A stretch of DNA of 64,000 bases from a virus (taxonomy: Duplodnaviria > Heunggongvirae > Uroviricota > Caudoviricetes): IMG/VR virus record IMGVR_UViG_3300035661_000046, positions 1-64,000 of that record, one strand, 5' to 3'. Below, piece by piece: positions 16,811 to 25,572 of the stretch (the first letter of the stretch is position 1; the number at the start of each line of letters is the position of its first letter). Made by a program: the position numbers and the translations under genes. The notes below the pieces were generated by a model that was given only the letters and a program-made list of their open reading frames with translations, had not been told where the DNA came from and searched no databases.

Positions 16811-17347
16811 TATAACCCCTCCATACTTAAAGTGTAACAGTATACTGCTTGGTGCTTGCTTATCACTGTTTACTTCCGTAAAAGGTATTCCATTATTCAG
16901 TAGCATCTCTTTTATTTCTGCATCCTTTTCAACAGCCTCTTGCTCAGTCTGCTTTCTACCTACAGGATCGTATACTTTATCTCTAATCAAGAAGTAGTTA
17001 TAATTATCGTAGGTGTCCCACAGCTCAAACATCAAACTCTTAAAAGTGTTAGGTAGATAGTCTGCAGTAACATAATTAATACCTAGTATTAACGGGGAGT
17101 CAGTTATAATGGTGTCTCTCTTACCTTGTAACCGAGCCATGCGTCTATTTTGATTACCAAGAATGTGCAACTGATCTGTTAGCAGATAATCGTTACCCTC
17201 CCACGTCAGATCCTTAGCATACTCGGTTACTTCTTCTACTTTCTGTCCATCCCATTTCATTAGAAAGAACAACCCGGCTCTCGTGGTGCTTTTACCGCAT
17301 CCAGGGCCCCCAAATAAGTTTATTACTTTAGTTTTGTTTTCATTCAT
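16805..17347 (-). CDS. P-loop NTPase/kinase (possible polynucleotide kinase-like)
   Basis: Walker A GGPGCGKST near the N-terminus of a 180-aa protein. Its start overlaps the stop of the upstream ligase gene, suggesting translational coupling. Confidence 0.45.
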   Translation of the reverse strand: MNENKTKVINLFGGPGCGKSTTRAGLFFLMKWDGQKVEEVTEYAKDLTWEGNDYLLTDQLHILGNQNRRMARLQGKRDTIITDSPLILGINYVTADYLPNTFKSLMFELWDTYDNYNYFLIRDKVYDPVGRKQTEQEAVEKDAEIKEMLLNNGIPFTEVNSDKQAPSSILLHFKYGGVIR

Positions 17348-18467
17348 AATCTCTTATTATTACTCCTACTGGAAACGTTGGAATTCTATTGTTAGTTAAA
17401 TCTTGAAATCTTACCGTTAAATGTTTGCCTACTAGTGAGTCTAACTCTGAAAATAACTTAGCCCGATACTCTCTTGTACCCTCCGGTCTCACATCAAAAG
17501 TTCTACCTTCTTTTGTAGCACAGGTAAATACCACTGTTCCCTCGTCTTCACCACTAGCCTCATTCCCCCCAACAATCAGGAACTCCTCTTCTTGAAAGTC
17601 TTTGAGTTTTTGAAGGTTTACGGATCTGTGCCCTACTATGTAAGAGGAGCCTATATTTCTAATCATAGTACCTTCATAACCATTATCCTGGTTACTACGA
17701 TGTACTATTAATAACTCCTCTTCATTATTTACAGTTACGGTGTTAACTTTATAGATATGAGTAGACTGGGTAAACCCTCGATTGTAGAATCTATTCCAAA
17801 AGGATAAGCTCGGATGTACTACGTCGTAGACATGGTATTCTAAAGTAGATAGTAACTCATGATCCGACCTCTCTCTCTTAATAGCAGCAACGATATCTTG
17901 AAGAGGTAATCCTTTTTTAAAGATCTCCCCATCAAAGGTCTCTCCTACTTCCATAAGTTTTAGCAGGTCTTGAGTTAAATGGCCTAGAGTATTAAAAGGC
18001 TTCCCTCCCCTAGACATGTACTGTATCTGGGTTTCACTCACTTTTGTAGCTAAGCATCTTACACCATTGAGTTTGGGTTGTGTTGCTGCTGGCCAGGAGA
18101 TGTTATGGCTACGCTTTGAGTAAGAATGAGCTAGCATCGGAAGCATGGTGCTAGCGCTACCTGTATTCTGGTTAAATGCGGCTGACTCTAAATAACCCTC
18201 ATCTAGCTTCTTGCACCACTTGGAGGATGCTTCTAGTAGAGCCTGTTCCAAAGCAGTAGTCTCATTCTTTCTACCTATATTCTTGCTCTTTATTTCAGAA
18301 GAGTAGGTTACGGTTTGCTTACCATCTAATAACCCTCGTGTGGTCTTTAATTTGTAACCTCCAGTGTCAGGCTCAACAACACGTATCTCCCACACCTTTG
18401 TGGAGCCAGTAGAGGTTAGTCCGAAAAGCTTAGGTAGCTGTCTGGGATTTTCTATATTCTCTGACAT
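17340..18467 (-). CDS. ATP-dependent nucleic-acid ligase family protein (DNA ligase-like)
   Basis: Nucleotidyltransferase motif I-like KLNGVR (a K-x-N-G variant of K-x-D-G) and FDGEIF/EGTMIR downstream motifs. 375 aa, comparable to small phage ligases. Confidence 0.5.
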   Translation of the reverse strand: MSENIENPRQLPKLFGLTSTGSTKVWEIRVVEPDTGGYKLKTTRGLLDGKQTVTYSSEIKSKNIGRKNETTALEQALLEASSKWCKKLDEGYLESAAFNQNTGSASTMLPMLAHSYSKRSHNISWPAATQPKLNGVRCLATKVSETQIQYMSRGGKPFNTLGHLTQDLLKLMEVGETFDGEIFKKGLPLQDIVAAIKRERSDHELLSTLEYHVYDVVHPSLSFWNRFYNRGFTQSTHIYKVNTVTVNNEEELLIVHRSNQDNGYEGTMIRNIGSSYIVGHRSVNLQKLKDFQEEEFLIVGGNEASGEDEGTVVFTCATKEGRTFDVRPEGTREYRAKLFSELDSLVGKHLTVRFQDLTNNRIPTFPVGVIIRDYE

Positions 18468-18468
18468 A

Positions 18469-18813
18469 TTAATCCTCTACTCTAACCACTGTAACCCCGT
18501 TGTGGGTGGTTGAGGGGTAGTGCAGATTAATCTTGTTATGCTTAAGTAAGAGTTTTACGATTTCACTAGAAGGCAACTCAGGAATCATATTGAATTGGTC
18601 GTACTCTCCACGCTCCATGCGTAGAATAGCAATATTTCTACCAGATTTTTTGTAGTAAGGATCACGATTACTGCAACGAGCTGTTGCAACTTTAATCTTC
18701 GTACCTTTCTTGTTTTCTTTATATGCTATAGTCAAGCCACCAAGTAAGTGTGGTTCAGTAGAGCCTTCTTCATAACGGCGAATATGTAAAAATTTAACGT
18801 CTGAACGATTCAT
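18469..18813 (-). CDS. hypothetical protein
   Basis: 114-aa basic ORF. Confidence 0.45.
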   Translation of the reverse strand: MNRSDVKFLHIRRYEEGSTEPHLLGGLTIAYKENKKGTKIKVATARCSNRDPYYKKSGRNIAILRMERGEYDQFNMIPELPSSEIVKLLLKHNKINLHYPSTTHNGVTVVRVED

Positions 18814-18885
18814 TGTATTTTTCCTTTTAATAAGTGAGACAAAAAATAACAGCCGTTGTTACGCGGCTGTTCTATAGTACTATAA

Positions 18886-19308
18886 TTATTCTAAATCTTC
18901 TAAAGTTTTTTGAATAATAGAAGAGTCTAGGTCAAAGGCATTAGCCACCCTACCTAATTTGAAGGTTATGCTACTTAAGTGTGGCTTAGTCGAGCGCATT
19001 CCCCAATTATCGTGGGTATCCTGTAGATGACTTATTAATTCTAAATGAGCATCTGGTACCAATCCTGCCCTTACTAAATCTTCCCAGATTTGCCCTTCTA
19101 TAGCACCTTTATGTGTTAACTCGGTGTACTCCTGTGTGGATATTAAGCATCCTGCCGCACACCGAAATCCATTATCGTGCTTATACACACAGAGTGTACC
19201 TCCTTCTACAGATCTACTTCCTTGAGTAATAAGATGAGTTGTAACATGATTAAATACTTGCTGAGGGGTTGCCTCTGCAAGTGTTGCTAGGGTTATAGGT
19301 TCTACCAT
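18886..19308 (-). CDS. hypothetical protein
   Basis: 140-aa ORF. Confidence 0.45.
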   Translation of the reverse strand: MVEPITLATLAEATPQQVFNHVTTHLITQGSRSVEGGTLCVYKHDNGFRCAAGCLISTQEYTELTHKGAIEGQIWEDLVRAGLVPDAHLELISHLQDTHDNWGMRSTKPHLSSITFKLGRVANAFDLDSSIIQKTLEDLE

Positions 19309-19505
19309 TTTATACCTCGTTGTTTACGGTTATTAAAGAATGCTTCTCTAGCATACCTAGTCATTGGCATATGATTACCACAGATAGTAAGTTTACCGGA
19401 GAGCATAACCACGCTGACTCCTTTGTTCTTAGGGCCACAGCAGGAAAATCTTCCGCCGTAATATGGCCATAGCTCCTCTAATACTGATGATATAGAGCCT
19501 CTCAC
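19302..19505 (-). CDS. hypothetical small Cys-containing protein
   Basis: 67-aa ORF. Confidence 0.35.
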   Translation of the reverse strand: MRGSISSVLEELWPYYGGRFSCCGPKNKGVSVVMLSGKLTICGNHMPMTRYAREAFFNNRKQRGIKW

Positions 19506-19789
19506 TCCTGTTTCTCCAAAGATAAGATACCGTCATATCTTAGTAGCTGATCAGATATTGCTTCTAGCATCATCTCATTTAACACTGCTGCATGTAATGC
19601 GTTACTGTATGCAATGCCCTCTTCTACGCCCTCAGCCAAACTACTTTCTAAAGTAATATTAAAATTCTCTTGAGAGCATCTCGTAAGCCTAGAGATTATA
19701 AACCCTGCTATCAAGCCTTGTCTTATATCTGGAGATATACCGTCTACTTCAATTGTTACACAAGAATACTGTGTCTCTACCTTTTCCAT
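19502..19789 (-). CDS. hypothetical protein
   Basis: 95-aa ORF. Confidence 0.4.
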   Translation of the reverse strand: MEKVETQYSCVTIEVDGISPDIRQGLIAGFIISRLTRCSQENFNITLESSLAEGVEEGIAYSNALHAAVLNEMMLEAISDQLLRYDGILSLEKQE

Positions 19790-19803
19790 TTAAAGCCCCT
19801 AAG

Positions 19804-20274
19804 TTAGTTAATGAATGAACCGCCTAGTATTGAAGACGATCCTTTAGCGTAGATATTACGACGAGGACGTTCTTTATAGTTACTTTTAGGAGGTTCCTTG
19901 TCACTACAACGATGAACAATCGTCGGAAGCCCTTCTATCCTAAATATCTGTTTTTCTACAGCAGCCTCTTCTGCTTTTCTTGCCTTTGTTGCAGCGTCTT
20001 TAATTAGACGCTCTAACATAAGAGATTCCGCGCTTCTAGTTACTAAAACAGATGCAGAATACCGTTTTAGGTTACTGTCTATTTCAAAGGTAACTTCTTC
20101 TAACTTCACCATTGTACGTAGTAGTAGAGTAGTGGCGTTTACATTTACCCCGATTCTATCACTAAGCTCCTCAATGGATAAACCATCATTCTTCATGAGC
20201 TCATTAAGTACCGACTGACGACGCTCTTCCGAGGTCTTAAATACATTTTTTCTTGTTTTACCGAGATTACTCAT
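19804..20274 (-). CDS. hypothetical protein (possible HTH-containing regulator)
   Basis: 156 aa. The N-terminal segment LSIEELSDRIGVNVNATTLLLRTM looks HTH-like. Promoter motif at 20316-20326. Confidence 0.4.
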   Translation of the reverse strand: MSNLGKTRKNVFKTSEERRQSVLNELMKNDGLSIEELSDRIGVNVNATTLLLRTMVKLEEVTFEIDSNLKRYSASVLVTRSAESLMLERLIKDAATKARKAEEAAVEKQIFRIEGLPTIVHRCSDKEPPKSNYKERPRRNIYAKGSSSILGGSFIN

Positions 20275-20315
20275 TTAGTCTCCTAACATAAAGTGAATTG
20301 TTTTCTTGCTATAGT

Positions 20316-20326
20316 TCTTATACCAA
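20316..20326 (-). promoter_or_regulatory. extended -10 promoter motif copy
   Basis: ttcttatacca about 45 nt upstream of the 20274 start. Confidence 0.5.
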
Positions 20327-20349
20327 AGAAACATTACATTATAGGAATG

Positions 20350-20380
20350 TAAAAAAAGCCGATGTGTAAATATCGGCTTT
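20350..20380 (-). terminator. rho-independent terminator (minus strand)
   Basis: Hairpin agccgat gtgtaaat atcggct followed by T7 in the minus sense, just downstream of 20403..20801. Confidence 0.65.
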
Positions 20381-20402
20381 AGGAGAAACTTAAGCTAGTT
20401 AC

Positions 20403-20801
20403 TTATTCGCAGTCGGACGCTTTACTATCTAAATATTCCTTATAAGCTTTCTTAATATGGTCCACAAGGGTGGGGTTCATATAGTCGTATTGATCAGGAA
20501 CATCTAAACAAACAAATTCTGTAAGGTCTGGAAAGCGGTTCATAAGCTCTAAACCCATCCACTGTTCCGCAACAATTACTTCATCCGCCCACTCAATTAG
20601 AACGTCCGTAACATCTATTAATGCATACTCTGACTCTAGCCCAGCTGCACGAGTGTTATAGTCGTATTCTTCCGCTAGAACACGAGACATAGTAGGAGAG
20701 CGCAGTAGTCCTGCGCTACAGACACAAAGGACTCGTTTGCTAGAACCTTGAAAATGATTGTGACAATTTGCTAATTTATTTCTCGAACTTGGTGTTGTCA
20801 T
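20403..20801 (-). CDS. low-molecular-weight phosphotyrosine phosphatase/ArsC-like phosphatase
   Basis: N-terminal P-loop C-x5-R-S (CVCSAGLLRSP) typical of LMW-PTP/arsenate reductase. 132 aa. Confidence 0.45.
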   Translation of the reverse strand: MTTPSSRNKLANCHNHFQGSSKRVLCVCSAGLLRSPTMSRVLAEEYDYNTRAAGLESEYALIDVTDVLIEWADEVIVAEQWMGLELMNRFPDLTEFVCLDVPDQYDYMNPTLVDHIKKAYKEYLDSKASDCE

Positions 20802-20879
20802 TTAAATATTCCTTTTACTGTCAGAAATCATTAACCTAACCTTGTCAAAGATAATGATGTGTAATACTAGTGTTGCAAG

Positions 20880-20964
20880 TGGTGCCCGAGGCCAGATTTG
20901 AACTGGCACGCTGTAAAGCAATGGTTTCTAAGACCATCGTGTCTACCAATTTCACCACTCAGGC
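20880..20964 (-). tRNA. tRNA-Leu (anticodon TAG), long variable arm
   Basis: Manual cloverleaf: acceptor GCCTGAG/CTCGGGC (one G-U), D-arm GTGAAATTGGTAGACAC, anticodon stem ATGGT/ACCAT with loop CTTAGAA, long variable arm, T-arm GCCAG TTCAAAT CTGGC, CCA encoded. 85 nt. Confidence 0.8.
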
Positions 20965-21057
20965 GTTACTGGTAATAAGGATTGGTGCTATTTCTAGAGT
21001 AGATCCACTGAGGGATCCTCCTAATTTATAACATCAATCCATATTACTATTAAAATG

Positions 21058-21128
21058 AGCGGGTGGGGAGAATCGAACTCCCATTTTAAGTTTGGAAAAC
21101 TTAAGCTCTACCATTAAACTACACCCGC
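21058..21128 (-). tRNA. tRNA-Gly (anticodon TCC)
   Basis: Acceptor GCGGGTG/CACCCGC, D-arm TAGTTTAATGGTAGAGC, anticodon loop TTTCCAA, T-arm GGGAG TTCGATT CTCCC. CCA not encoded. Confidence 0.75.
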
Positions 21129-21450
21129 GTCGATAATGCAAGGTAGCAAGTATCAACTTGCAAACTGCAACATATCAACAATAAGTTTTATCCCTCACCT
21201 GTTAAGCTCATTTATCCATCACAACAATATTCGACGAATCGATAGCGGGATAATGAGAAGGGTCAGAGATTCCATTAAGCTCGTTGAGGCTTGGCCTCAA
21301 CTATATGTGTGCTACCTTGCAGCCAGTGCCTCTTCCGTTATAGGAAACAGTAAAAAACCTATGGCCGAGGCTGTCGTAAGAGAGGGTACATGAACGATCA
21401 AGAACTTACCTCTCTCACGGTAGGACTGGCAACCTACTAAAACTATTATA

Positions 21451-22071
21451 CTACTCTAGAGCAGCTATTTCAATAGCTGTAGCACTTAACGCAACACAAA
21501 CTTTGTTACGATTAAGATCTGAGATGTCATCAGAGAGCTTAACTAAGGTGCGTTTTGCATCAACCTCAGCTTTCTTTACTAGTTCTATGAAAGACTCATC
21601 TAGAATGGCAATAGGATAACCAGCGCTACGTCCACTCATTAACGCATAAGAAGCTCTAGATGCATCAGCTACATTTACATCTAATCCTTCAAAAGTGCTA
21701 TAGGACATCTTACCTTCAGTGGAACCGGTAATCAGTTTATAAGCTGCCAAAGTTCTCTGAGCAGCATCTATTCTAGTCAGTTTACTTGTTATGCCATGCT
21801 CTAGATTGGCTGCAGCCACTTGGTCTTTTATGCGGACCAGGTCTGCCTGTAAATTAGTGATATTCGTAACAGCCTGAGCTGCTTCTAACGCATACTTAGT
21901 AACTAAAGCTTGAGAGTAGGAAGCCTTAGTAGTTACGTTGAAGTTAGTATCCTCTACTCGTTTTTTGAGTAGTGCAGTATTCTCAGAGATACTTGCGTTA
22001 ATACGCTCTACTACTTTGTGCCATCTATTTAAGGTTAAACTAATGCTTTTGCTTGGTGTCGTTGAATTCAT
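21451..22071 (-). CDS. hypothetical protein
   Basis: 206-aa ORF, Ala/Thr-rich and probably helical. Confidence 0.5.
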   Translation of the reverse strand: MNSTTPSKSISLTLNRWHKVVERINASISENTALLKKRVEDTNFNVTTKASYSQALVTKYALEAAQAVTNITNLQADLVRIKDQVAAANLEHGITSKLTRIDAAQRTLAAYKLITGSTEGKMSYSTFEGLDVNVADASRASYALMSGRSAGYPIAILDESFIELVKKAEVDAKRTLVKLSDDISDLNRNKVCVALSATAIEIAALE

Positions 22072-22109
22072 ATTTTATTCCTAAAATTTAAGTCAGAGTT
22101 GAATTGAGT

Positions 22110-22184
22110 TGGTGGGTCTGAGGAGTTTCGAAATCCTAACCCATGAATTATGAGTTCATTGCTCTTCCCTTGAGCTACAGACCC
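22110..22184 (-). tRNA. tRNA-Met (anticodon CAT; could equally be an Ile-lysidine tRNA)
   Basis: Acceptor GGGTCTG/CAGACCC, D-arm TAGCTCAAGGGAAGAGCA, anticodon stem ATGAA/TTCAT with loop CTCATAA, CCA encoded. The T-stem has one mismatch. Confidence 0.7.
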
Positions 22185-22193
22185 CTTGAAACT

Positions 22194-22270
22194 TGGTGCG
22201 CCCGACAAGAGTCTAACTTGTAACCCCCGATGTAGAAGATCGGTGCTCTATACAATTGAGCTACGGACGC
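22194..22270 (-). tRNA. tRNA-Arg (anticodon TCT)
   Basis: Acceptor GCGTCCG/CGGGCGC (one G-U), D-arm TAGCTCAATTGTATAGAGCA, anticodon stem CCGAT/ATCGG with loop CTTCTAC, T-stem ACAAG/CTTGT, CCA encoded. Confidence 0.75.
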
Positions 22271-22277
22271 ATATTTT

Positions 22278-22472
22278 TTATACTACAGAAAGAATCGGTC
22301 TAATATCTTCAACGTTCATTCCAGCTAACTCAGCTATTGCCTTAGCCTTATCAATGTTAGATACTCTGCTATTCCTAATCCAAGAATGTACTGCTCCATT
22401 GGAAACTCCTAGAAGGTTAGAGGTTTTTGTTACGCCGCCAATTTTTTCTACTGCTACTTTTATGTGGTTCAT
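22278..22472 (-). CDS. small Cro/YdaS-like HTH DNA-binding protein
   Basis: 64 aa; GVTKTSNLLGVSNGAVHSWIRN is a typical Cro/YdaS HTH. Confidence 0.5.
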   Translation of the reverse strand: MNHIKVAVEKIGGVTKTSNLLGVSNGAVHSWIRNSRVSNIDKAKAIAELAGMNVEDIRPILSVV

Positions 22473-22554
22473 TTGATAAATCTCCCTAGATGGTAGGGAT
22501 TATACTACTGCGTAAATAAAGATACAAGATATTTCTTTAGTAGCTTAAAAGTAG

Positions 22555-22590
22555 GCTAAAAATAAGGACGCACCAAGCATCCTTATTTGT
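22555..22590 (-). terminator. rho-independent terminator (minus strand)
   Basis: Hairpin aaggacgc accaa gcatcctt (one G-U) followed by a T-run in the minus sense, downstream of 22608..23048. Confidence 0.5.
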
Positions 22591-22607
22591 AACTACCTAA
22601 AAATTAC

Positions 22608-23048
22608 TTAAGCAGATACTGGTGCTGCTGGGGCTACTTCTGCAACTACTTCTGGTGCAACAAAGTCAGCAGGTACTTTTTGCAAGTCAGCTTTAGTATC
22701 ACGAGGAACTCCCATGCCTAAAGACTTAGCCAAAGGCAGAAAGTTTTGTGAAGCCAGACCATATTGAGTAGCACGTTTTACACCAGCCATCATATCTTTT
22801 AGACCAGCGATTTGTGATTCCAAGGTAGCAATGGTTGCAGCATTGCTTGTCAAGAATGCATCTTTGGTTGCCAACAGGTTAACGATCTCACCAGCCGCTT
22901 CATCAACAACTTTAGTACGGCGCTCAGTCATTTGACGATTCAAAGAAGTCTGGATGTCCAGAGGTAAGCCGCCGAAGTCAGCAACTTGCTGTTCGATATC
23001 TTTGTCAGCTAAACGAACTAAAGTAGCCATATCTATTGGAGCGTTCAT
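22608..23048 (-). CDS. hypothetical protein (coiled-coil, phasin/scaffold-like)
   Basis: 146-aa Ala/Gln/Leu-rich ORF. Promoter motif at 23144-23154. Confidence 0.45.
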   Translation of the reverse strand: MNAPIDMATLVRLADKDIEQQVADFGGLPLDIQTSLNRQMTERRTKVVDEAAGEIVNLLATKDAFLTSNAATIATLESQIAGLKDMMAGVKRATQYGLASQNFLPLAKSLGMGVPRDTKADLQKVPADFVAPEVVAEVAPAAPVSA

Positions 23049-23169
23049 GTGTATTTCCTTTTATTGAGTTAAAAAACTAAAAAATGAATTGACAGTTTTA
23101 CCTACTCTGACAAAGGTTAGCGAGAATGTATCTTCTCTAAATTTCTTATACCAAGTAAATTGACATTAT

Positions 23170-23373
23170 TTAATTATTAACGCAGAGTTCTCTCATTCTA
23201 GGTAATATCCTATTAAGCTTGGCTGTTTGTTCAACCCTACAAGAACTTATGTATACTGGATGAAAAGGTACTCCCGCATCAGACATATCTTCTGTATCCA
23301 GTACTGCAAATAAAGCTTTTACTAATCTTCTAAGTTCTTCAGGGTCATATTCTTCCAAATCTATATCATTCAT
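23170..23373 (-). CDS. hypothetical protein
   Basis: 67-aa acidic ORF. Confidence 0.35.
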   Translation of the reverse strand: MNDIDLEEYDPEELRRLVKALFAVLDTEDMSDAGVPFHPVYISSCRVEQTAKLNRILPRMRELCVNN

Positions 23374-24397
23374 AGGTAATCCTGTCTAAATAATCAAAGT
23401 ACCATTTACGAGCTTTATTACTAACTGCACTGCCTACGTCTTTAGGCTCTAACCCCGACTCAACTATAGTATCGGTTTCCTCTTTAAGAATATCATTGTA
23501 AACCCAACGAACAAAGTCTCCTGTGCTTTTAACGTCAATGGCACGGTTGGTTTCCTTCAAGAAGGCTATGCTTTGTAGAAGTCTATTCTCTGTTACACAT
23601 TTCTCTAAGAAAGCTTCTATGGAAGCTACCTTCTCTAAGTCTACTGCTGCTAGAGTCTTAACTTTAGATGAGGAGTGTTTTTCTCCTTTGACCTTAAACC
23701 ATAGTTCACTAGTCTCTAGCCCAGGAGTAACACAAGACCATACTATTCCTTCTCCTGTTCCTTCTATGCCAAATGCCTTGCCTACCGGACAGCACTCTTC
23801 TACTTTAGTAGTCAGTTCAATTAAGGTATTCTGAGACAAAGCAGGGTTTTCAAAGTCAATAGAAATTGAGAATGTAGGGAAGTCGTGTATTAAATACGTT
23901 GATCTCTCTGGATATGATTTCAAGTCAGGAAAGTCTGAAGGATTATACCAAGTATCTCCTGCCATTATCTTGAAGATTACAAACATCTTTTTAAGTTTAG
24001 AAATGGCTACTCCTGCTTGAATTGATCCTCCACACCATTCTCCAAATAGAGTTAGTGGGCCTCTATACTTTATGGTTGATGAAACAATAGATGCAATCTC
24101 ATAAAAGTGATCTCCGTAAGACCTACCCCAGAAAGCAAATCCAGCATTATCATTTTCTACAGATAGTATTCTTTCTCTACTTTGAAAAGTAAGTCCTCCT
24201 AAAGGTCCTATTACTACTGCGGCATTAGTACCATGAAGTTTTACTGTCCCCTCAAAGTCTAGAACAGGCAATTTCTTAGTACGGTCGTATTTAAGCTCTC
24301 CTGCACTATCTACCCCGATAAATCTTGTCCTGCGATCTACTTTCTGTATTACGGTTCTAAACTGCTCTATTGATGGAAATTTAATATGTTCTTGCAT
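23366..24397 (-). CDS. RNA ligase 2-like (Rnl2 family) nucleotidyltransferase
   Basis: Motif I KLHGTN (T4 Rnl2 has KIHGTN) about 55 aa from the N-terminus. Further motifs FGEWCG and KVKG. 343 aa against 334 aa for T4 Rnl2. Confidence 0.65.
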   Translation of the reverse strand: MQEHIKFPSIEQFRTVIQKVDRRTRFIGVDSAGELKYDRTKKLPVLDFEGTVKLHGTNAAVVIGPLGGLTFQSRERILSVENDNAGFAFWGRSYGDHFYEIASIVSSTIKYRGPLTLFGEWCGGSIQAGVAISKLKKMFVIFKIMAGDTWYNPSDFPDLKSYPERSTYLIHDFPTFSISIDFENPALSQNTLIELTTKVEECCPVGKAFGIEGTGEGIVWSCVTPGLETSELWFKVKGEKHSSSKVKTLAAVDLEKVASIEAFLEKCVTENRLLQSIAFLKETNRAIDVKSTGDFVRWVYNDILKEETDTIVESGLEPKDVGSAVSNKARKWYFDYLDRITYE

Positions 24398-24399
24398 AA

Positions 24400-25572
24400 T
24401 TAATCCTCTGTGATCATAGGTAAAAAATCTTCTCCGGGAAGCCCAAGAAAAGACATGCCTTGTTTTATAACAAACTCTTTATAGTTGTTTTCTCTTCCTA
24501 TGTATAAGTTCATCATCAACCCCATTACCTCATGGTGCTCGGTGTTAGCCTTAATAGCGTATTCTTTACGGCCTAGACCTTTATTCTCTTCATAGAAATC
24601 TTCTACGGTTTTTACTAAGTGATTGAACTTTGGAATAACCATATCTTCCATTTTAGAAAGCTCGGCTAGCACCCAAGCATCATCTGAGAAAGCAGAACGT
24701 ATATCATCTGATAACTCATTTACTACTAACGCAAATAATTTACTAGGGGTTTGAATAGAGTCTTTGGATTGGTGTAACTGAATGTAGGCTAGATTTTTGA
24801 CTTTAACTAAGTAGGAGGTAGAGTCTTCTCTCACCATCTCTATTACGTAACCCTCTCCTTTTTTCTCTTTGCGTATTTCAGAGACTAGTGTAGATTGGTC
24901 TACTTGATATAACCAAGTAGAGTCATATAAGTCCTGGTAATGTACAATCTGATCTATTAGTGTAGAGTACCTAGACATCATCAAATAATTACGAAGTTCA
25001 CTACCAAATAGTGTGCCTCCGGTAGTATGGTTTCTCACAGATAATATAGTTAACTTGTCCTCAGAATATGGAACCACTATGCGATTGGTAGGGGAAGTAT
25101 ATTCTAAGTTTACAGTAATACCCTCCTCCGCAGCTAGAAGTAATTCCGATTTAAATCGTCTGTTCTCTTCCAGGTCTAACCAAGTCATTGCCGCTATAGC
25201 TTGGCTAGAGAATAAGTCTGCTTTGGATTTAAGTCGTAGTTGACCTTTATATAAATAAGTAGAGATCAAGGAGCCATCAAGCTTGTCCATCATTGTACCT
25301 ACTATACACAGAGTGTGGTCTACACCACCTTCTTCATAATTAAAAAATTTCTGGGGAGGCAGGCTGACAAGAACGGGGTTATTAATATCAGTAACATTAA
25401 ACATTGTGCCTCGGCAATCTAAGGCTCCAGGCTTTTGGAACTGTGTCCAAGAGGCTAATCGGTAGTTGAAGATGTTATATAGCTGGTCTTCTAGTACCAC
25501 CTCTTTGCGGTAGAAACTTTCATCTTCATTTACTAAAGCTATTAACGTTTTATACATGTAAGCCTCTCTCAT
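24400..25572 (-). CDS. RNA ligase 1-like (T4 RnlA/gp63 family)
   Basis: Motif I DKLDGSL (T4 Rnl1 has KEDGSL) at about residue 96. 390 aa against 374 aa for T4 Rnl1. Directly adjacent to the Rnl2-like gene. Confidence 0.6.
   Translation of the reverse strand: MREAYMYKTLIALVNEDESFYRKEVVLEDQLYNIFNYRLASWTQFQKPGALDCRGTMFNVTDINNPVLVSLPPQKFFNYEEGGVDHTLCIVGTMMDKLDGSLISTYLYKGQLRLKSKADLFSSQAIAAMTWLDLEENRRFKSELLLAAEEGITVNLEYTSPTNRIVVPYSEDKLTILSVRNHTTGGTLFGSELRNYLMMSRYSTLIDQIVHYQDLYDSTWLYQVDQSTLVSEIRKEKKGEGYVIEMVREDSTSYLVKVKNLAYIQLHQSKDSIQTPSKLFALVVNELSDDIRSAFSDDAWVLAELSKMEDMVIPKFNHLVKTVEDFYEENKGLGRKEYAIKANTEHHEVMGLMMNLYIGRENNYKEFVIKQGMSFLGLPGEDFLPMITED

Noticed and set aside
21136-21393. + strand 85-aa ORF next to tRNA-Gly
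   Set aside because: Wrong strand for the block, no SD, and it lies in a tRNA/promoter intergenic region.
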